Origin: Candidatus Zixiibacteriota bacterium
Lineage (GTDB): Bacteria > Zixibacteria > MSB-5A5 > RBG-16-43-9
Assembly (NCBI GenBank): GCA_030692925.1
Contig: JAUYBY010000101.1
Span: forward strand, 3,663 to 67,662
DNA: 64,000 nucleotides
Direction of reading: 5' to 3'
The notes below the pieces were generated by a model. The model saw only the letters and a program-made list of their open reading frames with translations. It was not told the origin of the DNA and searched no databases. How positions within the stretch are numbered: the stretch's first letter is position 1; every line of letters begins with the position of its first letter. A program made the position numbers and the translations under genes. Shown piece after piece: positions 29,991 through 39,217 of this stretch.

Positions 29991-31508
29991 CTATGTCCTG
30001 CCACATAGCTCAGACTTCTGGCTAATCCAGCTCCCTTCCTTCTTTTCTGATCTCTCCAGTAGTAGAAGCCCCTCATTCAGGGAAGCCACTTTGACCGGGT
30101 CATTTTCATCAAATTGAAAATGTACCCAATACTCCGCACAATGGTTGCTATCTGGATGAGCTTTCTTTTTCAGTGACAAAAGCCCCAAGGCTTCAATCTT
30201 TCTTCTCATTATCTGTGGATTTGCTTTATCAAAGCCAACTAGTTGCTGAAAGGTTTTCTTTGGGATTGCGCAGTAGAGATCTTTCTGCGATCCTTGACTA
30301 CTTCTTAAATAGTCAGTCCCTGACATATAAGAGTTACTAGGTTTGTTGGTTTTACCTTCTCCATTAAAATCAGCAATATGTTTACCCTTTTTCATACAAT
30401 GTTTAAGTAAGGAAAACATTGCTTGTCTAAGCTTCGAGTCAACGGTCAACAAAACGATTTTCCGAACATCACCTAAGGATAGTTTCTTTTCCGCAAAGAC
30501 ACTTCCGGTTCCGATAAACTTGGCTTTTTTTTCATCAATGCTCGTGACTATCTTCTTGATCTGAGCGAGTACCTCATCAATCCTTCCTGCATTCATCCTG
30601 TTAGACAGCCCATTGTGCTTTTCCCTGATCCACATTATTAGTGTTCCTTCAGTCTCCTCCTCTGAACGACCCTGTCTTATTCGCATATCCCAGCTCAACT
30701 TCATAAATGCCTCATAGGTTGATATCTCGGGATAGAGCCCTTCATCATACAGGCGACTCACAATCTGTTTATAATCACGCGGTCTCTGAGTGCCCCCAAT
30801 CGACGTTTGGTTCAAGGCTTGAATCTTAAACGGTATTTCTATTTTGTGCTTTTTGAAAATGTCGTAGGCTTTGGAAATGGTCTGTTTCAGGGTAAGATTA
30901 GTCCGGGGCTTCAGGGTCAAAGGGTGAACTATGTAGCTGCCAGAGCCAAAGGGAAGTCTATCTCCACTTTTTTTAGCCAGAATCTCGATTTCTCCCGGTT
31001 TCACGTTCACATCTTTTTCCGAAAGAAGGTCTTTGCACCGTTGGTATAGTAATTCACGTGACACTGGATTGGAAAGGAAGTAGCACAACCTGATACCGCC
31101 CGACGACGAGCTCTGATACATCAAAGGCTTTCCCTCGATCGCCTTCCTCACCTTCTTGATCCTGGATCTAAGGTTTGCTTTTGCCTCGTGATCGTGTCTG
31201 TCGATGTCGATCATCATATAATCAAGTTTCTCGCCAGGGAAAAGACCGATGGTCCGTTCGCCGGTAAGATGTCTTAGGACTTCACGTTTACGCCAAGGGT
31301 GCTTTATTTCTACCCAACTGTCTTTAGTCTTCTGAATGTAATGAGATGCCTCTCGATACCTCAGGAATATCTCTTCATACTTCCGGTAATCTGACTCATC
31401 GATACCTAGCAAATACAGTCTTTGCTCAAAGGGCAGTCTTTTACCTATCAAGGCAGGTGCTGACATATGCACTTGTTTTAAGCTGCTCATACCATTCATG
31501 CAGAACAA
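29991..31508 (-). CDS. island-encoded replication initiator / primase-polymerase-like protein (tentative)
   Basis: 505 aa; hhhDhDxHD acidic motif (MMIDIDRHD) resembling prim-pol/Rep catalytic motifs; typical position next to integrase/excisionase genes. Confidence 0.35.
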   Translation of the reverse strand: MFCMNGMSSLKQVHMSAPALIGKRLPFEQRLYLLGIDESDYRKYEEIFLRYREASHYIQKTKDSWVEIKHPWRKREVLRHLTGERTIGLFPGEKLDYMMIDIDRHDHEAKANLRSRIKKVRKAIEGKPLMYQSSSSGGIRLCYFLSNPVSRELLYQRCKDLLSEKDVNVKPGEIEILAKKSGDRLPFGSGSYIVHPLTLKPRTNLTLKQTISKAYDIFKKHKIEIPFKIQALNQTSIGGTQRPRDYKQIVSRLYDEGLYPEISTYEAFMKLSWDMRIRQGRSEEETEGTLIMWIREKHNGLSNRMNAGRIDEVLAQIKKIVTSIDEKKAKFIGTGSVFAEKKLSLGDVRKIVLLTVDSKLRQAMFSLLKHCMKKGKHIADFNGEGKTNKPSNSYMSGTDYLRSSQGSQKDLYCAIPKKTFQQLVGFDKANPQIMRRKIEALGLLSLKKKAHPDSNHCAEYWVHFQFDENDPVKVASLNEGLLLLERSEKKEGSWISQKSELCGRT

Positions 31509-31955
31509 TTAGCTCCAATGAATTCCAGACCCGGGTTCACTTCACCTGATCTTCTCGAACCTGGTACCCTTACAAGAGAAAGTTCGGTCCACCGTTGTTC
31601 CTCTCTCTGATAAGTCGCACCGCTTGAAAGGTAGTGAGTTCTCAACTCGCCATCGCTGTTCCCAAAGGGAATTCCCTTCCTGTTGACCCTAGTCATTTGA
31701 CCCCCCTAGCCCGAAATGCTTCCTAAACAGTCTCTTGAATTCTTCGATTAGACCTTCTCTCATACCATGGCCTGATATTGCAAGGGTCGTGCCAATAAAC
31801 GAATGGGCTGCGCGCATCCTTGTAACATGCTGTGGTGCATGCCGTTGATAAAAAGGATGCTCGAGGTACTTTTATATGAGTTGAAATTGTAAAGCAGAAA
31901 TTAGCAACTGCAGTTGCTTTTAAGCAACTAGAGTTGCTATTTGTGGGGGGTAAAA

Positions 31956-33266
31956 TCACATACCAAGTCGTTTGAGCGCTTTTCTCAATCCAAATGCTTT
32001 CATGCCAATTCTTCTCGCTGTCCTTGGTATGTTTCTCGCATTTTCTTCCAGTTTCTTAGTCAAATATTGCTTTTCAAATTCCTGCTTGGCTTTCTTGAAA
32101 GAGTCGATAGCGAATAGGTCAATAGCTGCCTTCTTGTCTGCAGGTAAGAGATCCATCTTTTGAGCGAAATGCAATACACTATCTCTAAGATACTTCAAAT
32201 CAACAGATACAAGTTTATCTCTATCTATGTATTTGTTGAATCGCTTTCTCCTCTGACAGACCATTTTTATGAATATATCATCATCTGGTGGTTTGATCCA
32301 AGCATTTTTGCATCTAAATAGGTCATTGTTATTAATTATATTCCCACCTTTTTTTGTATCGACTAAAGCCTTGATGAGGTGATCGTAAGTCTCAGGCCAG
32401 CCGGTAACTGATAGGTAAGCTGGGGGTGTTCCCATGATACTCATTCCAGAATAGAAAGCTGCGTTAATTTCGTTCTTAAGCTGCCTTACATTTCCCGGTA
32501 ACGGGTCAAGGGAGCAAAGGATAAAGATGATAGGGTCGATTCCCTTTATCTCTGTTTTGTATTGACTTTCCAATTCTGACAGAAACTCATTCATTAAAAA
32601 AGGGATATCATTAACCCTATTTCTCAGAGGTGGGATATGAATATGAAACATATCCAGTCTGTAGTATAAATCGTCTCTTAATATATTATTATCGGGAAGA
32701 AGCTTATTTGTAGCTGATATTATCCTCACATCAACCTTCTTTTCCTCTTTCGCTTGTCCGAGCTTTCGATAAGTGCCGTATTCCAAAACCCTCAATAAGC
32801 CGCACTGGGCGTTGGGTGGCAGATCACCTATCTCGTCTAGGAATAAGGTTCCACCGTTCGCCTCCTGAATCAACCCTGTCGTTTCCGAAGTCGCACCCGT
32901 GAAGGCACCTTTAATATGTCCAAACAATTCAGAATACAGTAAGTCATTCGGTATCATGGCACAGTCGACTGTTACCAAATTATTCTTCTTCCGGTCCGAG
33001 TTTTCATGGATAGTCTTAGCAATTAGTTCTTTACCTGTTCCGGTCTCGCCTGTAATTAAAACCGGTCCACGATTATTTAAGGTGTGTATGATCTCGCCAA
33101 ACATGTCTACGTAGTAACTGCTCAAGGTCGACCGTTCACAGACATATTTGGTTTGAACCCTTTTTTTAATCAACTCAACCACGGGATGTTTAAAAGGGTC
33201 AATCCTATCTATGTGGTGGATAAACGGTCTGCCAGTCTCATCTGTTATGATTATGGGAGTTGTCAT
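31956..33266 (-). CDS. sigma-54-dependent transcriptional activator (AAA+ plus Fis-type HTH, no N-terminal sensor domain)
   Basis: 436 aa; Walker A GETGTGKE, GAFTGA motif, ESELFGH, C-terminal HTH. Confidence 0.85.
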   Translation of the reverse strand: MTTPIIITDETGRPFIHHIDRIDPFKHPVVELIKKRVQTKYVCERSTLSSYYVDMFGEIIHTLNNRGPVLITGETGTGKELIAKTIHENSDRKKNNLVTVDCAMIPNDLLYSELFGHIKGAFTGATSETTGLIQEANGGTLFLDEIGDLPPNAQCGLLRVLEYGTYRKLGQAKEEKKVDVRIISATNKLLPDNNILRDDLYYRLDMFHIHIPPLRNRVNDIPFLMNEFLSELESQYKTEIKGIDPIIFILCSLDPLPGNVRQLKNEINAAFYSGMSIMGTPPAYLSVTGWPETYDHLIKALVDTKKGGNIINNNDLFRCKNAWIKPPDDDIFIKMVCQRRKRFNKYIDRDKLVSVDLKYLRDSVLHFAQKMDLLPADKKAAIDLFAIDSFKKAKQEFEKQYLTKKLEENARNIPRTARRIGMKAFGLRKALKRLGM

Positions 33267-33622
33267 CTCGGAATCCTCTCAGTGTGTGATCAGAGATGTT
33301 GATTTCGTTTTTTCTGAAACTAATCACAAAAATTAATCAAAGCAAGGAAAATCGTCAAAAAGTAGCTGGATCGTGAGGTCTTGCTATTCTCCATAGAGAA
33401 CTGCAAATAGGTTATATGTGGACATTGCTGAACTAGATAGGTTAAGAATCAATATCAGCTCCACTTATAACCCTCTAAAATTACCTTAAGGGGTGTAAAA
33501 AGATGATTCTTTCTGTCAAATAACTGGAGGATTTTATAACCTGCCACCTGTCTCGTAAGCTTTAGATAGATTGGAGGTTAAAGGGGCAACCCTTTGGGGG
33601 GCAGACCTTCAAAGGAATTAAG

Positions 33623-33859
33623 ATGATTAGAACAAAAACCTTTAACCCCAAAAGAAGGAGTAGTAAAATGAAGAAGAGAGTTAAAAAGAGCAAGGAACTT
33701 GTCATTGAATGCCCCCACTGTGGTAGTCAGGTATATGAACCAATAGAAAATGAATTAGATTATGGACCATCAGATAATGAGGTGTTTGCTATGTTTAAGT
33801 GCTTAAAATGCAGAGAAACTTTCTTTGTGACTTATAAAGCGGTGGAGATAAACCCATGA
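33623..33859 (+). CDS. zinc-ribbon small protein
   Basis: 78 aa; CPHCGS ... CLKC. Confidence 0.4.
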   Translation: MIRTKTFNPKRRSSKMKKRVKKSKELVIECPHCGSQVYEPIENELDYGPSDNEVFAMFKCLKCRETFFVTYKAVEINP

Positions 33860-33937
33860 AAGAACATGATATTGATTGGGGTGGTCCTGAGTTTGGTAGT
33901 GAAGTTATATTCTATCTAAAGGAGGTGAAAACTAGTA

Positions 33938-34156
33938 ATGAGTTACAATCTTAAAATAAAAGAAAAAGGTGGTATTATAACCGGTGTTAGGGATGAGTAT
34001 TATAATCTCCCGGAGGAGGAACTCAAGTCTATAATGGGGCTATCTAACTTAGTAGATGAAAAATGGAATCCTATCAAGTTAGCTAAAACTTATGAGGACA
34101 GTTCTTTAATATTTAGCTGGGAAGAGACCATGACAAAAAAGAGAAAGACTACCTAA
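33938..34156 (+). CDS. hypothetical protein (phage-like module)
   Basis: 72 aa; tightly packed same-strand ORF with RBS. Confidence 0.35.
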   Translation: MSYNLKIKEKGGIITGVRDEYYNLPEEELKSIMGLSNLVDEKWNPIKLAKTYEDSSLIFSWEETMTKKRKTT

Positions 34157-34470
34157 TGCCAACAACACTGGCAGGGAGGCTAGGGGAGGGGGAGACAAAA
34201 TTGGGGAAAATAACATACTGGCAAGTTTATAAGACTGAAAAGGGGTATACTTTTGAAAATGGGGAGCACAGGCTTGCCCTGATTTCATTAGTAGGAATTT
34301 GGGTAATTCAGGGCACTCCAGGTATAATGTTTTATCCTACTTTGGGGGAAGGCGTAAGCCATATTCTCTATTGGATGAAATTAAATACCCCAAATTCAAG
34401 ATTAGATCTGGATGGTATCCCGGAGTTGGGGGAGACAATAAGAATTTTAAGGGAAAGGGAGAAATTATGA
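34156..34470 (+). CDS. hypothetical protein (phage-like module)
   Basis: 104 aa; start overlaps previous stop (ATGA). Confidence 0.35.
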   Translation: MPTTLAGRLGEGETKLGKITYWQVYKTEKGYTFENGEHRLALISLVGIWVIQGTPGIMFYPTLGEGVSHILYWMKLNTPNSRLDLDGIPELGETIRILREREKL

Positions 34471-34946
34471 GAAATGGTAAGACTTGGAAAGATACTGCAT
34501 TGAGCTTTATTCTAACAGCACTTTGTTTGACAGTACTCTACGTTTTGTTAGTAAAAGCGCTTACTGGTAAGTCAAGTCCTTCTATGTTGCAGGAGTATGA
34601 AAAAAGTTTTTATAGTGGTCAGAGAGAAATGTTCTGGCTCAAAAATGCTACATGGCAGGACTTCAGGCTTAAAGCCTATATTCCTAAGGATAAATTGGAA
34701 GGACGGTCTAGTGGACTTACTTACATGGAGGGTCAGGCGATCCCCTATTTTACTGTAGCGGTAGACCCCAAAGTGGTCCCTCTGGGCGCATGGGTGTATA
34801 TAAAGGCTGATAGTCTGGAAGGGTGGTTTCGGGCTACTGATACTGGAAGTCTTATTAAGGGGAAGGTCATAGATATTTGTGTTCCGGATCGAGGAACAGC
34901 ATTACGATTTGGAACACAACGGGGTCAAGTAGTTGTACTTTATTAG
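34467..34946 (+). CDS. 3D-domain cell-wall hydrolase (MltA-like), membrane-anchored
   Basis: N-terminal TM then 3D-domain Asp pattern (ATDTGS...VIDICVPD); start at ATG 34467 after upstream stop. Confidence 0.55.
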   Translation: MRNGKTWKDTALSFILTALCLTVLYVLLVKALTGKSSPSMLQEYEKSFYSGQREMFWLKNATWQDFRLKAYIPKDKLEGRSSGLTYMEGQAIPYFTVAVDPKVVPLGAWVYIKADSLEGWFRATDTGSLIKGKVIDICVPDRGTALRFGTQRGQVVVLY

Positions 34947-34957
34947 GAGGAGAGAAA

Positions 34958-35107
34958 ATGAAATTTGAGAAACTGGTTATCAATTTAGACGAAGACCACA
35001 GTGTTGAAGAAACTGTGGAAGAAGTGTTGAGATTAATCAGAGAGGGTTATACTTCGGGATATTACCCAACTTGGAATTTGGTTAAACCCAACAACGAGGA
35101 GCAATAG
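34958..35107 (+). CDS. hypothetical small protein
   Basis: 49 aa; GGAGG RBS 8 nt upstream. Confidence 0.3.
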   Translation: MKFEKLVINLDEDHSVEETVEEVLRLIREGYTSGYYPTWNLVKPNNEEQ

Positions 35108-35307
35108 TGGCTAAGTGTATTAGATATACTCATTATGAAGTAGATGGGGATGAACTTTTAATTTTTAAGGGGGAAAAATTGGTAGATGCTGTTAAAATAT
35201 TAGAGATTATTGAGGATTGGTTAGAAGAAAGTGTGCTTACTACTATAGCTCCGTTGACTGTCTACCAAAAAATTGAAAAAGAGAAGGAATATGAAGATAA
35301 CCTGTAA
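35107..35307 (+). CDS. hypothetical small protein
   Basis: 66 aa. Confidence 0.3.
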   Translation: MAKCIRYTHYEVDGDELLIFKGEKLVDAVKILEIIEDWLEESVLTTIAPLTVYQKIEKEKEYEDNL

Positions 35308-35348
35308 AAGTTGTGGGGAGGTTATAACTGGATTTATTTACCGGAGGA

Positions 35349-35630
35349 ATGGGGCTAATTTGTGTGAACGGTGTTGGAGCAACGGGGAGGACTATAAAAA
35401 GGAAACAACTAAGAAGGAGGAAAGTAGTGAGCAAAAAAGCTAAGAAAAAGAAGCGAGTTATAGAATACACCCATTGGGAATTTGACCGGGATGGGTTAAC
35501 TGCATTACTTTTTAATGGAGATGAGGAGGTAGCTGGATTTCCTATAGATGTGTTAATGGAAATTGCTCTAGAGTTCTATGAGTGGGAGAATCGGGAGTAT
35601 AAAGAAGTGAGTGGGAATGAAAAGGATTGA
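35349..35630 (+). CDS. hypothetical basic protein
   Basis: 93 aa; Lys/Arg-rich centre. Confidence 0.3.
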   Translation: MGLICVNGVGATGRTIKRKQLRRRKVVSKKAKKKKRVIEYTHWEFDRDGLTALLFNGDEEVAGFPIDVLMEIALEFYEWENREYKEVSGNEKD

Positions 35631-36450
35631 AGCCTTTCTAAAATACTTGGAAGAAATAGGTAGATCTAAGACCACCATAATTACTTATAAAGGTGTCCTG
35701 GAAGGTATATGGAAGGCTCTGGGTACTAAGATAGTCTACCCGGCTAGGTTACAGGAATACTTCTTGAGTTTAAATTTTGAAAAACCCCGGACTCTTCATA
35801 AGAAGTTAGCTGTAATCAAGTCATATTTTCAATGGCTGATAAGGACAGGAGTAGTTAAGTTGGATCCTACTCCGGACGTGGTTTTACCCCCAATCCCCTA
35901 TGATCTTCCCAAGGCAGTGGAGTATGATGAACTACAAAGAGTTATTGAAGGGATTGAGGGGGAAGAATTTATTCCGAGGAGAGACAGAGCTATATTTGAG
36001 CTGGGTTATGCTATTGGAGCTCGGGTAGGGGATTTAAGACAGGCTAATGTAGAAGACCTGGACATGGATCGAATGTTGTTTCATGCCCGGGGTAAAGGTA
36101 ATAAAGAGGCTTATATACCTTTCGGGGAGAGTGCGCGGGATGCACTACAAAAGTATTTAGAAAAGCGGACGGGCGTAGCCAATGGAGAGTCTACTGCTCT
36201 ATTCTTAAATACTGGGGGATCCCGATTAACTAATATATGGAAAATAGTGAAAAAGTATACGACTGCCACTCCCCATTCTTTCTTCCGACACAGTGCGGCC
36301 ACTCATCTACTCCAGAACGGAGCAGAACTACGAGATGTGCAGGAGTTTATGAGGCATGCTAGTCCGAATACTACTGCTTTGTATACTAAAGTAAACCCCC
36401 AGAGGTTGAGAAGTGAATATAATGCTCATCATCCAAGAGCGAGGAGGTAA
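35611..36450 (+). CDS. tyrosine recombinase, XerC/D-like
   Basis: 279 aa; R..., HxxR (FRHSAATHL), Y (TALYTKV) catalytic residues. Confidence 0.85.
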   Translation: MGMKRIEAFLKYLEEIGRSKTTIITYKGVLEGIWKALGTKIVYPARLQEYFLSLNFEKPRTLHKKLAVIKSYFQWLIRTGVVKLDPTPDVVLPPIPYDLPKAVEYDELQRVIEGIEGEEFIPRRDRAIFELGYAIGARVGDLRQANVEDLDMDRMLFHARGKGNKEAYIPFGESARDALQKYLEKRTGVANGESTALFLNTGGSRLTNIWKIVKKYTTATPHSFFRHSAATHLLQNGAELRDVQEFMRHASPNTTALYTKVNPQRLRSEYNAHHPRARR

Positions 36451-36452
36451 GT

Positions 36453-36806
36453 ATGGTTGGTTTGTATAAACTAAAACCAGTCCCTCAAGACTGCTCAGAT
36501 TTTAAGAAACTTGATAAAATATGGAAAGAAAATTGGGCCCAATTAAAGAGGCAGGATGAGGAGGCTAAAAAGAAAGGAACAATTATTGGTGGATTTTTAA
36601 CTGAACCAATAGCTGATGGTAAGGCAATTTATCAAATAGTGAGGGAGACAAAGGTCCAAGTGCTGATAAAAGTTTGCACCGGGCTTGGGGATGATTGGGT
36701 AATTCCTTATTGGGGGGAGAAGGCTGTGATAGATAAGGAATATGCCATACAATCTATTAGAAGAGGGGATGGTCTTAATCAAATATTTAAAAGGAGGAGT
36801 GATTAA
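36453..36806 (+). CDS. hypothetical protein
   Basis: 117 aa. Confidence 0.3.
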   Translation: MVGLYKLKPVPQDCSDFKKLDKIWKENWAQLKRQDEEAKKKGTIIGGFLTEPIADGKAIYQIVRETKVQVLIKVCTGLGDDWVIPYWGEKAVIDKEYAIQSIRRGDGLNQIFKRRSD

Positions 36807-36808
36807 TA

Positions 36809-37030
36809 ATGGGTTTAACAGAAATTTTAGCAGCAAAGAAAGTAGTGCTGGATATCATAGACAGTATGACTATAGCAAACAAGCTATACCAAGGCAAAAT
36901 AGATATAACGGAGTACATTGATTTTCAGGATATAGCTGGTCAGTTTAATTTAACTCAGAAGGAATATGACGAACTAATAAATGATACTCAGGAGTTGGTG
37001 GATGGGGCAGTGAGGAGGTACTTAAAATAG
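36809..37030 (+). CDS. hypothetical protein
   Basis: 73 aa. Confidence 0.3.
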   Translation: MGLTEILAAKKVVLDIIDSMTIANKLYQGKIDITEYIDFQDIAGQFNLTQKEYDELINDTQELVDGAVRRYLK

Positions 37031-37210
37031 TTAAAGGCAGAAAAGAAAATTAATGCATTGGTGGAGAGGAGAGGAACTATTTGAAAGAAACAAACATTAA
37101 ATGCCCTAACTGTGGTGAGTTTTTGAAGGATATTAATTTGCAATTAACTTGTATGAATGCTCAGTGTGAGAATTTTATGATGGTAGTTTATGGGTTAGAA
37201 AGGAGGTAAG

Positions 37211-37828
37211 ATGAAACAAATATACTACACCAAAACGGTGTCGGAACGCAATAGGAAGTATGGCTATTTTGAAGAAAAGGATTTTGGGGAGATATCCATA
37301 GTTGAATTAACAGAAGAAGAAGCTCCTTTAATGTTTAAAATAGATAAATCAATTATTAGAAAGGTAAAAAGCAAATATATCACCAGCAGTTTTACCCTTC
37401 CCTTTTCCAGAGAAGAAGACGCTGAATATATTTCTAAGCAAGGAAGATTTAGGGAAAAACTACTCAAGAAGTTGGGTATAAGATTAAGAGAACAATCAGA
37501 CGACTCTTATTACCCTGCCCGTAGTTTTACTTATTACTTGGTAGGCAAAAACCTTTTTTCTTCTCTCTGTCCTGTTTCTGAGTTATCAATAACGAGATGT
37601 GGGAATATTACTTTTGGCGATTGGTGGTCTCTTGGCATAGAACCTCGTCATCAGGGGAAAAACAATATCCCATTCACAAAGGAAAGATTTCTAAAAGAGT
37701 TAGCCAAAGACAAAAAACGGATTGCCACCCAGAATAAGGGACGCACAAAGAAAATCTATTTTTCTTATCCAAGAGTTAAATGGTTTGATAATCAAGTAAA
37801 CCCTAAAGGAAAGGAAAAGAGATGCTGA
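37211..37828 (+). CDS. hypothetical protein
   Basis: 205 aa; AGGAGG RBS. Confidence 0.4.
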   Translation: MKQIYYTKTVSERNRKYGYFEEKDFGEISIVELTEEEAPLMFKIDKSIIRKVKSKYITSSFTLPFSREEDAEYISKQGRFREKLLKKLGIRLREQSDDSYYPARSFTYYLVGKNLFSSLCPVSELSITRCGNITFGDWWSLGIEPRHQGKNNIPFTKERFLKELAKDKKRIATQNKGRTKKIYFSYPRVKWFDNQVNPKGKEKRC

Positions 37829-38047
37829 AAGTAAAACACCCTTGCCCGCGTTGTGGCAAAGACCCTAACCCCGTAAAAATAGTTGGGGGGATTACTCAAA
37901 ACCTAGAGATAAGACCGATCCTTTTATTGCTTAATTGTAACCATTGTCTAAATAGTTTTGTGATGGAGATAATAGCTTACAAATTATCAAAAGAATAAAA
38001 GGATCATAAGAAGAAACTTTAAATGAACTTAAAAGTCTTTTAGAGGA

Positions 38048-38230
38048 GTGAAAGAGATGGCAAAATCTTATAAAGTTGACTTAGAAAAAGGTGATACCTT
38101 ACTGAATATGCTCGATTATTTATGCTCTAAAGTAGACTGGGGTAAATCCGCTTTAGACAATAAGGCTATAATCTGTATGGATACACTTTTCAAAGAATTA
38201 AGAAAAGATAACAGGATAATTAAACCCTGA
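38048..38230 (+). CDS. hypothetical small protein
   Basis: 60 aa. Confidence 0.3.
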   Translation: MKEMAKSYKVDLEKGDTLLNMLDYLCSKVDWGKSALDNKAIICMDTLFKELRKDNRIIKP

Positions 38231-38402
38231 AAGGTGGTGAAAAGAGATGCCAAAGCGAACAAAAACCCAAAAGGTAATATATGATATCCTGTGCGAATTG
38301 CTTGAAGACGCAAATAACAACAATGGTCTTCTAGACAAGAGTGTTGTAGAGGTTTACGTGGAAGAAATTTTAGATAATTGTAAATAATAAAAAGGAGAAT
38401 GG

Positions 38403-38645
38403 GTGTCAAAAATAAAATTTGATTTTTCAAAAGTAGAAGCACACATTGAGGAGATCATTTGTGCTTATAAGTGTGGGGAGGCAGAGCCCCTGGATGGGGA
38501 TGAGGTTGACATTTTAGCTAGTATAGTGAAAAATTATATGAATAGGCATGAGGGGAATTTGACTGATGGGGAATATGAGTATAAGCAAAAACAGGAATTT
38601 ACACGCGCTCGGTTTTTAACGGTGGTCAGGAAAGATGGAATATAA
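38403..38645 (+). CDS. hypothetical small protein
   Basis: 80 aa. Confidence 0.3.
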   Translation: MSKIKFDFSKVEAHIEEIICAYKCGEAEPLDGDEVDILASIVKNYMNRHEGNLTDGEYEYKQKQEFTRARFLTVVRKDGI

Positions 38646-38662
38646 AGGAGAGGAGGAACTTC

Positions 38663-39217
38663 TTGATAGACAACAATGTAATTGGAGTAAAGACCCTGGA
38701 TGGGGATCGGAATGCACTATTTGAGCTCTTTGGGAAACTGCTCGGAGACGGCTACCATCTGGTTTACGTCAATGGTAATAAAAAGCATCAATTAGAACGG
38801 TGGGACTTTGGACTGGAGAGAACAGTGTTGTTTTTGCAACTGCTTAACAATACTAATATGAGAAAAGGCTGGAATGATTTGGTAAGCGAGGACCATGCGT
38901 GGGGATATGTGGTTAGTGATGGTGATAGATTTAAAGCTTTTATTGGGGAACTGCGGGAGAAAATGGCAGATAATAAAGATTGGGGAGTGCAGTATAATGA
39001 GCTGGCACTCGTTCCCGGGCAAACAACATATCAGGTTATGTGGAATATGCTCGGGGAGTTAGTCACTCTTCCTATAAATGAGAGAATTGCCCTAATCCGA
39101 GATCTGCGTATTCCTTGCTTTTGTAAAAACTGTTGGAAACGAGCTCCCTTCTTCCTGTTTAGGAAGTGGTGTCGATATGTATTTAGAAGCTTTGTTAGGA
39201 GGTGGCATAAACAATAA
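38663..39217 (+). CDS. hypothetical protein
   Basis: 184 aa. Confidence 0.35.
   Translation: MIDNNVIGVKTLDGDRNALFELFGKLLGDGYHLVYVNGNKKHQLERWDFGLERTVLFLQLLNNTNMRKGWNDLVSEDHAWGYVVSDGDRFKAFIGELREKMADNKDWGVQYNELALVPGQTTYQVMWNMLGELVTLPINERIALIRDLRIPCFCKNCWKRAPFFLFRKWCRYVFRSFVRRWHKQ

Noticed and set aside
31771-31785. Sigma-54 -24/-12 promoter (TGGCCTGATATTGCA)
   Set aside because: GG-GC spacing is one nt short of canonical, and the orientation does not serve an obvious downstream gene.
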